Part shown: one piece after another, positions 14,962-22,336 of the stretch
How the letters are laid out: the number at the start of each line of letters is the position of its first letter
Position numbering within the stretch: the first letter of the stretch is position 1
Assembly (NCBI GenBank): GCA_964516345.1
Contig: CAZEXY010000011.1
Location: 1-35,668, forward strand
Origin: an uncultured Anaerolineae bacterium
GTDB taxonomy: Bacteria > Chloroflexota > Anaerolineae > S016-19
DNA length: 35,668 bases
Direction: 5' to 3'
Notes under the pieces: generated by a model
The model's database searches: none
What the model was told of the DNA's origin: nothing
What the model saw: only the letters and a program-made list of their open reading frames with translations
Made by a program: the position numbers and the translations under genes

Positions 14962-17271
14962 TCACCCTGCTGCTACAACGGCCTGTCCCAGCGATATTCC
15001 TCCGTCCCCGGGAGGTACTTCGTGGTGGGTGTAGACCGTAAAGCCGCGCTTTTGCAGACCTTCGACCAGTCCTTCCAACAACATTCGGTTCTGGAAGCAT
15101 CCGCCGCTCAGCGCAACTTCCCGCACTCCGTGAGCCTGCGCCAGGGCTTCCACGGCTTCCAGCGACAATTCTACCATGGTCGCGTGGAACCGAGCCGCAA
15201 CCACCGGAGGAGGAGACCCTTTTGCGAAATCCTCTACCACAGCCCGGAACACCTCTTCCGACGGGATGAGCACCACGCCGGTCCGGTCCTCTACGGGCTC
15301 CACGGGGTAGGGGGACGCTTTCCCGATCAGAGCCGCCAGCGTCTCCAGCTCGATGGCAGCCTGACCTTCGTAAGTGGCGCTCGAGCGCACTCCCAGCATC
15401 GCCGACACGGCGTCGAACAACCTGCCGCAACTGGAAGTCATCGGGGCGTTCAGACCGCGATCTGCCTGCGCCAGCACCGCCTTCCGTTCCTCCTCCGGGA
15501 CCTCCTTCCAGAACCCGATTACCTCCGGCAGTTCTCCGTATATCTTGTGGAGCAGCGCCAGCGCGATCCGGTACGGGTTTCGAATTGCAGCATCGCCGCC
15601 GGGCAATCGGAACGGCGAAAGGTGCCCGATACGTCGGTATTCGCGTCGGTCGGTCAGCAGGAACTCGCCGCCCCAGACCGTGCCGTCGGGGCCGTAGCCG
15701 GTGCCGTCGAACGCCAGCCCGATCACCGGGCCTTCCACGCCGTTCTCCGCCAGGCAGGAGGCGATGTGAGCGTGGTGGTGCTGAACCCGCACGCGCCGGG
15801 CGTCTTCCAGCCCCGCCAAATTTGCCAGCGCCGCTTCCGCCGCCTCGCCGAAATCGGGGTGCAGGTCGTAGGCCACGACGGTGGGGTGGAGTCGGAAGAG
15901 TTCCATGAACCGGCGGGCGCTCTCCACGAAGAACTCCCACGTGCTCAGGTAATCCATCTCGCCGATGTGCTGGCTCAGGAAGGCAAAGCGTCCGTCCAGC
16001 AGGCAGAAAGTGTTCTTCATCTGGCTTCCAACCGCCAGCACGGTTTCGTCCGATTCCGATTTCAGCATGATCGGGTACGGCACGTAGCCGCGCGATCGAC
16101 GGATGGGGAACGCACCGATGCTGCTCGGCATCCACACGCTGTCGTCTACCCGGTTGTGGATGGGGCGGTTGTGCCACAGGTAGCCGTCCACGATGGAGTC
16201 CAGTTTCTCCCGGGCTTCGTCGTTGGTTCGGGCGATGGGTTCGTCCTGACGGTTGCCGCTGGTCATCACCAGGGGACGTCCGGCGTCCCGCAGCAAAATG
16301 TGGTGCAGCGGTGTGTAAGGGAGCATCACGCCGATGGTCCGCTGGCCCGGAGCTACGTTCGGGGCGATCTTGTTGCCCGGCCTGGGGCTCAGCAGCAGGA
16401 TCGGAGCTGCGGGAGAGGTCAGCAGCTCTTCCTCCTCCGGCGTCAGGTTGCAGCACTCACGAACCGCCTCTACGTCCCGCATCATCACCGCCAGCGGCTT
16501 GTGCGGCCTGGTCTTCCGTCCCCTGAGCCTGGACACGGCGTCCGGGTTGGTTGCATCGCACGCCAGGTGGAACCCTCCAAGTCCCTTGATGGCTAAAATT
16601 GCCCCTTGCCGGAGCAAAGCAGCTGCTCTGGCGATGTCGTCCTCCGCATTCTGCGGCACTGTCGATCGCCACTCGGGTTTCACTTCCAACCACACTTCCG
16701 GCCCGCACTCGGGGCAGGCGTTGGGCTGGGCGTGGAAACGGCGGTTCATCGGGTCTTCGTACTCCGCCCGGCAGTCGTTACACATGGGGAAGACCGACAT
16801 GGTGGTGTTGGGACGGTCGTATGGCAGGGACTGGATGATGCTGAACCGGGGGCCGCAGTTGGTGCAGTTGATGAACGGGTAGCGATACCGACGGTCTTTG
16901 GGATCGAAAAGCTCCCGCAGGCAGTCCTTGCAGGTTGCCACGTCCGGGGAGACCAGCGTGAAGCCGCTTTCGTCCTTGCTCTCGACGATGACGAAAGTCT
17001 GAGGAAGCTCGCGGCCGTTGACCGGAATCGGTTCCCGGCGTATGTTGGTTATCCTCGCCAGGGGCGGTGCCTCGGATTCCAGCGCCGACGCGAACTCTTC
17101 CAGCGATTCGGCGTCGCCGAGGGCATGGATGTCCACGCCTTTGCTGCTGTTTCGCACCCAGCCCCGCAGGCCATAGCGCATCGCCAGCCGGTAGACGAAC
17201 GGCCGGAACCCGACCCCCTGCACGATTCCGTCTATGTGGATGTGTTCGTAACGCAAGCGTTCGTTGCTCAA
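14962..17271 (-). CDS. hypF: Carbamoyltransferase HypF
   Basis: It has an acylphosphatase-like N-terminus ('VQGVGFRPFVYRLA'), two CxxC-x18-CxxC zinc fingers, and YrdC-like and Kae1-like domains. TTG start at 17271, preceded by GAGGGGG. Confidence 0.95.
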   Translation of the reverse strand: MSNERLRYEHIHIDGIVQGVGFRPFVYRLAMRYGLRGWVRNSSKGVDIHALGDAESLEEFASALESEAPPLARITNIRREPIPVNGRELPQTFVIVESKDESGFTLVSPDVATCKDCLRELFDPKDRRYRYPFINCTNCGPRFSIIQSLPYDRPNTTMSVFPMCNDCRAEYEDPMNRRFHAQPNACPECGPEVWLEVKPEWRSTVPQNAEDDIARAAALLRQGAILAIKGLGGFHLACDATNPDAVSRLRGRKTRPHKPLAVMMRDVEAVRECCNLTPEEEELLTSPAAPILLLSPRPGNKIAPNVAPGQRTIGVMLPYTPLHHILLRDAGRPLVMTSGNRQDEPIARTNDEAREKLDSIVDGYLWHNRPIHNRVDDSVWMPSSIGAFPIRRSRGYVPYPIMLKSESDETVLAVGSQMKNTFCLLDGRFAFLSQHIGEMDYLSTWEFFVESARRFMELFRLHPTVVAYDLHPDFGEAAEAALANLAGLEDARRVRVQHHHAHIASCLAENGVEGPVIGLAFDGTGYGPDGTVWGGEFLLTDRREYRRIGHLSPFRLPGGDAAIRNPYRIALALLHKIYGELPEVIGFWKEVPEEERKAVLAQADRGLNAPMTSSCGRLFDAVSAMLGVRSSATYEGQAAIELETLAALIGKASPYPVEPVEDRTGVVLIPSEEVFRAVVEDFAKGSPPPVVAARFHATMVELSLEAVEALAQAHGVREVALSGGCFQNRMLLEGLVEGLQKRGFTVYTHHEVPPGDGGISLGQAVVAAG

Positions 17272-17306
17272 ATGAGCCCCCTCAGATTCCGCTTTCTGAT
17301 ACTGGA

Positions 17307-17349
17307 GGTCGGGCTGTCAGCCCGACCAGGGCGGACTAACAGTCCACCC
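17307..17349 (-). other. Tandem GC-rich stem-loops in the hypB-hypF spacer
   Basis: GGTCGGGCT-GTC-AGCCCGACC (9 bp) and GGGCGGACT-AAC-AGTCCACCC (8 of 9 bp), separated by 1 nt, inside a 143-nt intergenic gap. Confidence 0.5.
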
Positions 17350-17414
17350 TACAGCGTCACCACCCCCAGCGAGTGTAGCAGTCCAGTGCGAATCGGGTGA
17401 CTGGCTGACCGCTC

Positions 17415-18086
17415 CTACGGTGTCTGTTCCAAGAACGAATCCACCTGCTCCGTGAGCCACCGGATGTACTCCTCGAAACCCTCGCCGGTCTTCGCCGAGA
17501 CCGGGAAGAACGTCAGCCCGGGATTCAACGCTTCCACGCCTTTACGGAAGTAATCGACGTCGAAATCGAAATACGGGAGCGTGTCTATTTTGTTCAGGAG
17601 CACGGCATGAACGCCCCGGTACATCTTCGGGTATTTGTACGGCTTGTCGTCCCCTTCCGGCACACTGGCGATGAGCACATCCAGGTGGGAGCCGATGCGG
17701 AAGCTGGCAGGGCAGATCAGGTTGCCCACGTTTTCGATGATGAGTAGATCAATGTTTTCCAAATCGAGCTTGGGCAGCGCCCCGGAGAGCATCACTGCGT
17801 CCAGGTGGCAGGTGCCGCCGGTGTTGATCTGCACGGCAGGGATGCCGCTGGCAGCCATTCGGTCGGCGTCGATGGTGGTGGCAACGTCGCCGTCGATCCC
17901 TCCTATCCGGTACTTGTCCTTGAGCATTTCGACCGTCTTGAGGATCACCGAGGTTTTGCCTGCGCCGGGGGATGCCATGAAGTTGACGGCGTAAGTCCCG
18001 GAATCGTCCAGAATCTTCCGGTTCGTGTCGGCGAGCCTGTCATTTGCCCCAAGGATGTTCTCCACCACAGATACGGTTCTTGTCAC
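17415..18086 (-). CDS. hypB: Hydrogenase nickel-incorporation GTPase HypB
   Basis: P-loop 'ASPGAGKTS', 'GGTCHLDA', 'ENVGNLICP' and 'LNKIDT'. There is no N-terminal His-rich stretch. GTG start preceded by GGAGGTGG. Confidence 0.93.
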   Translation of the reverse strand: MTRTVSVVENILGANDRLADTNRKILDDSGTYAVNFMASPGAGKTSVILKTVEMLKDKYRIGGIDGDVATTIDADRMAASGIPAVQINTGGTCHLDAVMLSGALPKLDLENIDLLIIENVGNLICPASFRIGSHLDVLIASVPEGDDKPYKYPKMYRGVHAVLLNKIDTLPYFDFDVDYFRKGVEALNPGLTFFPVSAKTGEGFEEYIRWLTEQVDSFLEQTP

Positions 18087-18107
18087 TATCCACCTCCACT
18101 CCGAAAT

Positions 18108-18452
18108 TCAATCTTCGATGTCTATGCTCTCCAACCTGAACTCATCCCCTTTCACCAGCGACACTTTGCTGCTGCCGCAGTTGGGACAGGTCAGGTTGCC
18201 GTCTTTCATCTCGTAAGTCGTTCCGCAATCCCAGCAATAGAAGACCGCGGGGATGCGGTTGAAGCGAAGTTCGGCGCCTTCTGCGATGGTGCCTTTGGAG
18301 AGCTGATCCCAGTAGAATTGCACGGTGTCGTCCACGATGCTGGACATTTCGCCGATGACCAGGTTGAGGGCAACTACTTTCTTTGCGCCAACCCTTTGGG
18401 CGTGTTCCAGCGTTATCGCCAGGATGCTTTCTACGAAAGGTAACTCGTGCAT
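18108..18452 (-). CDS. hypA: Hydrogenase nickel-insertion protein HypA
   Basis: N-terminal 'MHE' nickel site and a CxxC-x12-CxxC zinc site ('CWDCG...CPNCG'). 114 aa. Confidence 0.93.
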   Translation of the reverse strand: MHELPFVESILAITLEHAQRVGAKKVVALNLVIGEMSSIVDDTVQFYWDQLSKGTIAEGAELRFNRIPAVFYCWDCGTTYEMKDGNLTCPNCGSSKVSLVKGDEFRLESIDIED

Positions 18453-18495
18453 GGTTCCCCTCGTATCTGGAAAAAGGTACTTGCAAGCTGGCGGT

Positions 18496-18525
18496 AATGT
18501 ACCACCTTACCAATGCAGGTTGCAA
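18496..18525 (-). promoter_or_regulatory. Candidate promoter for hypA-hypB-hypF
   Basis: On the minus strand: TTGCAA-18 nt-TACATT, downstream of the hybB hairpin. Confidence 0.3.
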
Positions 18526-18564
18526 ATTTACTATTAATGAGCCGACAGTTCGCCTTACAAGCAG

Positions 18565-18588
18565 GAGGCGGGCTCAGCAGCCCGCCTC
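18565..18588 (-). terminator. GC-rich hairpin after the hydrogenase structural genes
   Basis: GAGGCGGGCT-GCTG-AGCCCGCCTC on the minus strand (10-bp stem, 4-nt loop), 26 nt after the hybB-like stop. The U-tract is weak (CTGCTTG). Confidence 0.5.
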
Positions 18589-18613
18589 AGTTCGCTCGAT
18601 CCGATCCGTTCCG

Positions 18614-19738
18614 TCAGTGTTCGTGCTGAAACACCGGGAAATGCCGGACGAACCAATCGTAGAACAGAATCGCTGCCGAGAGTATGCCGATGGTTATGGC
18701 CCACTCCATCCAGGAGGGTACGTACGGGGCTCCTGCGAACCCGAAGAAGCTGACGTTGAACCGGTTCAGCACCACGCCCAGCACCACCAGCCATGCTGTG
18801 CGAAACAGCGCTTTCCTGCTGTTCCGGATGCTGGGCATGAACAGCAGGATCATCGGCAACACCACTCCACCCAGCACTTCGATCCAGTACAGAACGCTCC
18901 TGACTCCGCCGTTGAACAGATCGCTGACGCCGCCGCTGCCGATCAGGGTGGCAATCTTCAGCACAAGGTAGATGAGCAACACCCACGCGGCGTACAGTCC
19001 CAGATCGGCGAGCAGGTCTTGTTCGTCCTTCAGTCCGTAGGCGCTGATGGCGAAGTTGCTTTCGATGATGGTCATCGTAAGTCCGGCGGCCACCGCCGAG
19101 GTGAAGAACAACAGCGGCAGGTAGCCGGTCTTCCACAGGGCAAAGACGCGCTTCGAGGCCAGAACGTACAGCGTGCCCAGGGAGGACTGGTGCATGGTTG
19201 ACAAAGTGATGCCCAGGATCACCAGAGGGATCATGAGCCCTTCTATGATCCGCTTCGGTGTCTTCCACTTCATCCCCTCGAAAAAGACGTCGCTGACCTC
19301 CAGCAACAACACCGTCAGGTAGGTCATGACGCACAAAGCAACTTCCAGCATCGGGGAATGCCAGTTGTGGTACACGATGGGGTGCCAGATCCTCCACGGG
19401 AGGCCGATATCGAACACGATGGAGCCCGCGGCCATCACATACCCCAGGAACGCCGTCAGCACGGTGGGGCGCAGGATCGGGTAAAAGCGCCTGATGTGGA
19501 ATATCTTCACGATGGCGCCGATGGTGAAGCCTCCGGCGGCCAGCGCCACGCCGCAGAGCACGTCGAAGCTGATCCAGAGGCCCCACGGGCGGCCGTCGCT
19601 CAGGTTGGTGGCCGCTCCCAGTCCGTGCAACAGCCTGTACCCCGCGGCGAACGCTCCTATGAGGGCAAACAGCCAGAGGAATATCCGTGCCCAAGGGATC
19701 GAACGTCCTATGGCGACAGATTCGGTCTTGGCGGTCAT
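18614..19738 (-). CDS. hybB: NrfD/PsrC-family integral membrane subunit (HybB-like quinone-interacting subunit)
   Basis: 374 aa with about 10 TM helices and NrfD-like sequence. The ATG forms an ATGA overlap with the stop of the preceding FeS subunit. Confidence 0.8.
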   Translation of the reverse strand: MTAKTESVAIGRSIPWARIFLWLFALIGAFAAGYRLLHGLGAATNLSDGRPWGLWISFDVLCGVALAAGGFTIGAIVKIFHIRRFYPILRPTVLTAFLGYVMAAGSIVFDIGLPWRIWHPIVYHNWHSPMLEVALCVMTYLTVLLLEVSDVFFEGMKWKTPKRIIEGLMIPLVILGITLSTMHQSSLGTLYVLASKRVFALWKTGYLPLLFFTSAVAAGLTMTIIESNFAISAYGLKDEQDLLADLGLYAAWVLLIYLVLKIATLIGSGGVSDLFNGGVRSVLYWIEVLGGVVLPMILLFMPSIRNSRKALFRTAWLVVLGVVLNRFNVSFFGFAGAPYVPSWMEWAITIGILSAAILFYDWFVRHFPVFQHEH

Positions 19739-20634
19739 TTTTCTCCCTCCTCATCGTTGCCGCTGGTGGCGTAATACGCCCCTGTCATCAGCGCCGTCAT
19801 GCCCACCATGATGCTGGGCACGGCGTAGTCCATCGGTATCTTGACCTTTTCCGGATAAGGTTTGTCCTCGACCTGGGGGAGTCCCTGCTCGTCGAACGGC
19901 ATCGAGGATAGGTACAGGACATGGGTACCGCCTGCCTCGTGCTCGCCGTAGACGTGGTCTACGTACTTGTCCGGGTTTTCCTTGATGCGCTTGTGGGCTT
20001 CCGCGAGCATGTCGTTTCTGGTTCCGAAAGTCAAAGCTCCGGTGGGGCAAGCCTCCACGCACGCCGGTTCTTTCCCGGAAGGCAGCCTCCCGTTGCTGGT
20101 GCAGAGGTCGCACTTCTGGATGTAAGGCTTGACGGCACCCCATTCGTATTTGGGTACCTCGAACGGGCAGGACACCATGCAGTATCGGCAGCCGAAACAT
20201 ACGTTCGTGTCGTAGGCCACGGCTCCCTCCGGCGTGATGTGCAGCGCCCCCAGGGGGCAGGCTGCAACGCAGGCAGGCTCGATGCAGTGCATGCATGCCC
20301 GCCGCAGGAAAGTCCATTTTTCGTCGTTCACTTTGTACAGTTTGATCAGCATCCAGGTATCGCCGGAAAGGTCCTCCGGCTCGTCGTACCTTCCTGTCGG
20401 ATCCAGCTCCGGTGGTTTGTGGTTCGCCTTGCGGCATGCGGTTTGGCAGGCGCGGCACCCGATGCACTTGGTGGCATCGTAGAGTATGGAAGCCCCGTTC
20501 GGCACGGGCTTCATGCTCTTCGCCTCTTCCTTTTTCTTGCCTGCTGCTGCTACACCGGTTGCGGTGAGGAGCGCTCCACCCATGCTGGCTCCGGCGACTT
20601 TCAAGAATTCTCTCCGGTCCAGTTTCTTTCCCAT
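19735..20634 (-). CDS. hybA: Tat-exported 4x[4Fe-4S] ferredoxin-like subunit (HybA-like)
   Basis: It has the twin-arginine leader 'DRREFLKVAGA', four Cys clusters ('CIGCRACQTAC', 'CMHCIEPACVAACP', 'CFGCRYCMVSCP', 'CDLC...CVEACP') and a C-terminal TM anchor. Confidence 0.85.
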   Translation of the reverse strand: MGKKLDRREFLKVAGASMGGALLTATGVAAAGKKKEEAKSMKPVPNGASILYDATKCIGCRACQTACRKANHKPPELDPTGRYDEPEDLSGDTWMLIKLYKVNDEKWTFLRRACMHCIEPACVAACPLGALHITPEGAVAYDTNVCFGCRYCMVSCPFEVPKYEWGAVKPYIQKCDLCTSNGRLPSGKEPACVEACPTGALTFGTRNDMLAEAHKRIKENPDKYVDHVYGEHEAGGTHVLYLSSMPFDEQGLPQVEDKPYPEKVKIPMDYAVPSIMVGMTALMTGAYYATSGNDEEGEK

Positions 20635-20649
20635 GGCTCCTCCCTTTTC

Positions 20650-21774
20650 TCAGCTTTCTTCCGACGATTTCTCGCCCGTTTTCTCGCCGCCGTTTTTCTT
20701 TCCTTTCACGACTGCCGCCGTCCCCGCAGCGCCGACGATCGCTCCAACCACGGCTCCTGTCACGGCGTAGCTGGTTGCGTTGATCTTCTTTTCGGTCTTG
20801 GCCGTAGATTCGGGATAGTACGCCGGCGGGGCCACTTCTTGAGGCTTCACCTGATGGTAGATTCCTCTATCCCAGAAGTCCGGCTCGACGCAGCCGATGC
20901 ACGGATGCCCGGACCCGATGGGCCAGCTCGTGCCGTCGTTCCAGAGGATCAGCGGGCAGTTGGCGTGGGTGATCGGGCCTTTGCACCCCATCTTGTACAG
21001 GCACCACCCTTTCTTGTGGCCTTCGTCGCCCCACTCTCGGACGAACTCCCCTTTGTCGAAATGCGCTCTGCGCGGGCAGTTGTCGTGGATCAGCGCTCCG
21101 TAGGCGAAGAGCGGCCTGTGCAGGTGGTCCATGGCGGGCAGCTCTCCGAAGGTCAGGTAGTATGCCAGCGTCGCAGTGATGTTTTCGCCGTTGACGGGGC
21201 ATCCGGGCAGGTTGAGCACCGGCTTGTCCTTGACGATGTCCATCACCGCTCGGGCGCCTGTGGGGTTCGGGTGGGCTTTGGGCAGTCCTCCGAAGGAAGA
21301 GCATGACCCTACGGCCACCACCGCTACGGCGTTCTTCACCGTCTCCTTGAGTATCTGCTCCGCGGTCTTGCCGCCGATGACGCAGTAGTTTTGAGTTGGG
21401 ACTGCTCCTTCGACGACCACGAGATAACCGCCTTTCTTGATGGTTTCCTCTCTGGCCTGCTCGGCGTGGGTTCCGGCGGCCGCCATCAGAGTTTCGTGGT
21501 AGTTCAGCGAGATCAGGTCCAGAACGACCTGCGCCGCCGATGTCCTGTAAGAGCGGGTGAAGGATTCGCTGCACCCTGCGCAGTCCTGGAATTCCAGCCA
21601 GATCACGGGCAATTTTTCTTTCTTCGATTCGAGTGCTTCGGCAATTCTAACTCCATATCTGGTCGGGAGCGCCAGCGCCCCAGCCAGTACCGTGCAGAAC
21701 TTCAGGAAGTCTCGCCTCGATATGCCCCTTTCGGCGAGGCTTTTGGCTACCAGGCTTTCTCCGTTAGAGCTCAT
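20650..21774 (-). CDS. [NiFe] hydrogenase small subunit, group 1 (Tat signal, C-terminal anchor)
   Basis: 'SRRDFLKF' Tat motif, 'LEFQDCAGCSES' proximal-cluster motif (standard 4-Cys form, not the CC form of O2-tolerant enzymes), 'GSCSSFGG', 'PGCP', medial and distal cluster Cys/His residues, and a C-terminal hydrophobic helix. Confidence 0.93.
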   Translation of the reverse strand: MSSNGESLVAKSLAERGISRRDFLKFCTVLAGALALPTRYGVRIAEALESKKEKLPVIWLEFQDCAGCSESFTRSYRTSAAQVVLDLISLNYHETLMAAAGTHAEQAREETIKKGGYLVVVEGAVPTQNYCVIGGKTAEQILKETVKNAVAVVAVGSCSSFGGLPKAHPNPTGARAVMDIVKDKPVLNLPGCPVNGENITATLAYYLTFGELPAMDHLHRPLFAYGALIHDNCPRRAHFDKGEFVREWGDEGHKKGWCLYKMGCKGPITHANCPLILWNDGTSWPIGSGHPCIGCVEPDFWDRGIYHQVKPQEVAPPAYYPESTAKTEKKINATSYAVTGAVVGAIVGAAGTAAVVKGKKNGGEKTGEKSSEES

Positions 21775-21805
21775 TACTCCCCTCCTGTTCTCGTTGAAGA
21801 AGAAA

Positions 21806-22306
21806 TCAGTTCTTTCGTGGTTCGGACCAGACGTCCCAGGCTTTCAGTATCGCCTCGGCGCGTCTGATGATTTCCGGTATCGCTTTCTCTCCTTCCTCAC
21901 AAGGCCCGACTCCTATGGCTAGGCTGACCGGCTGCATTCCGATGAGGTGCAGGTATTCCGGCAGGTTCCCCCGGGCAAGGGCTACTCCCAGGACTTCCTG
22001 GAACGTGACCTGGTGCATGGAGAGCTTGATCCCCGTGTAGAGGGGGATGTCCTCGCCCCGTAACTCGACGATGGTTCCCGGCTCTTTCCCCACGTCCGCC
22101 ACGTCCAGCAACAACAGATGGGTCGATTGTTCCACGTAGGGGAGGAGCCTCATGCCCAGCGTGCCTCCGTCCACCAGTTCGATGCCCGGGTATCGGTTCT
22201 GCTCGTTCTGGAGCTTTTGCATTTCCCAGACGGCGTACACGCCGATCCCTTCGTCGGTGTTCAGGATGTTTCCCAGCCCCAGGACGGTCACGCGTCGTTC
22301 CTGCAT
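21806..22306 (-). CDS. Hydrogenase maturation endopeptidase (HybD/HyaD family)
   Basis: 'VTVLGLGNILNTDEGIG', 'VDGGT', 'LLLLDV' and 'SMHQ' motifs. I preferred ATG 22306 (MQERR), preceded by GAGG. ATG 22330 is an alternative start. Confidence 0.88.
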   Translation of the reverse strand: MQERRVTVLGLGNILNTDEGIGVYAVWEMQKLQNEQNRYPGIELVDGGTLGMRLLPYVEQSTHLLLLDVADVGKEPGTIVELRGEDIPLYTGIKLSMHQVTFQEVLGVALARGNLPEYLHLIGMQPVSLAIGVGPCEEGEKAIPEIIRRAEAILKAWDVWSEPRKN

Positions 22307-22336
22307 CTCATCGCCTCGCTGCTCGTCCATGCCGGA

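Noticed and set aside
14792-16596. A 554-aa minus-strand ORF (14792..16456) and a 524-aa plus-strand ORF (15022..16596) overlapping hypF.
   Set aside because: - These are alternative or antisense frames of a clearly identified hypF.
- Their composition is extremely Arg/Gly/Pro-rich, as expected for off-frame translation of 63% GC coding DNA.
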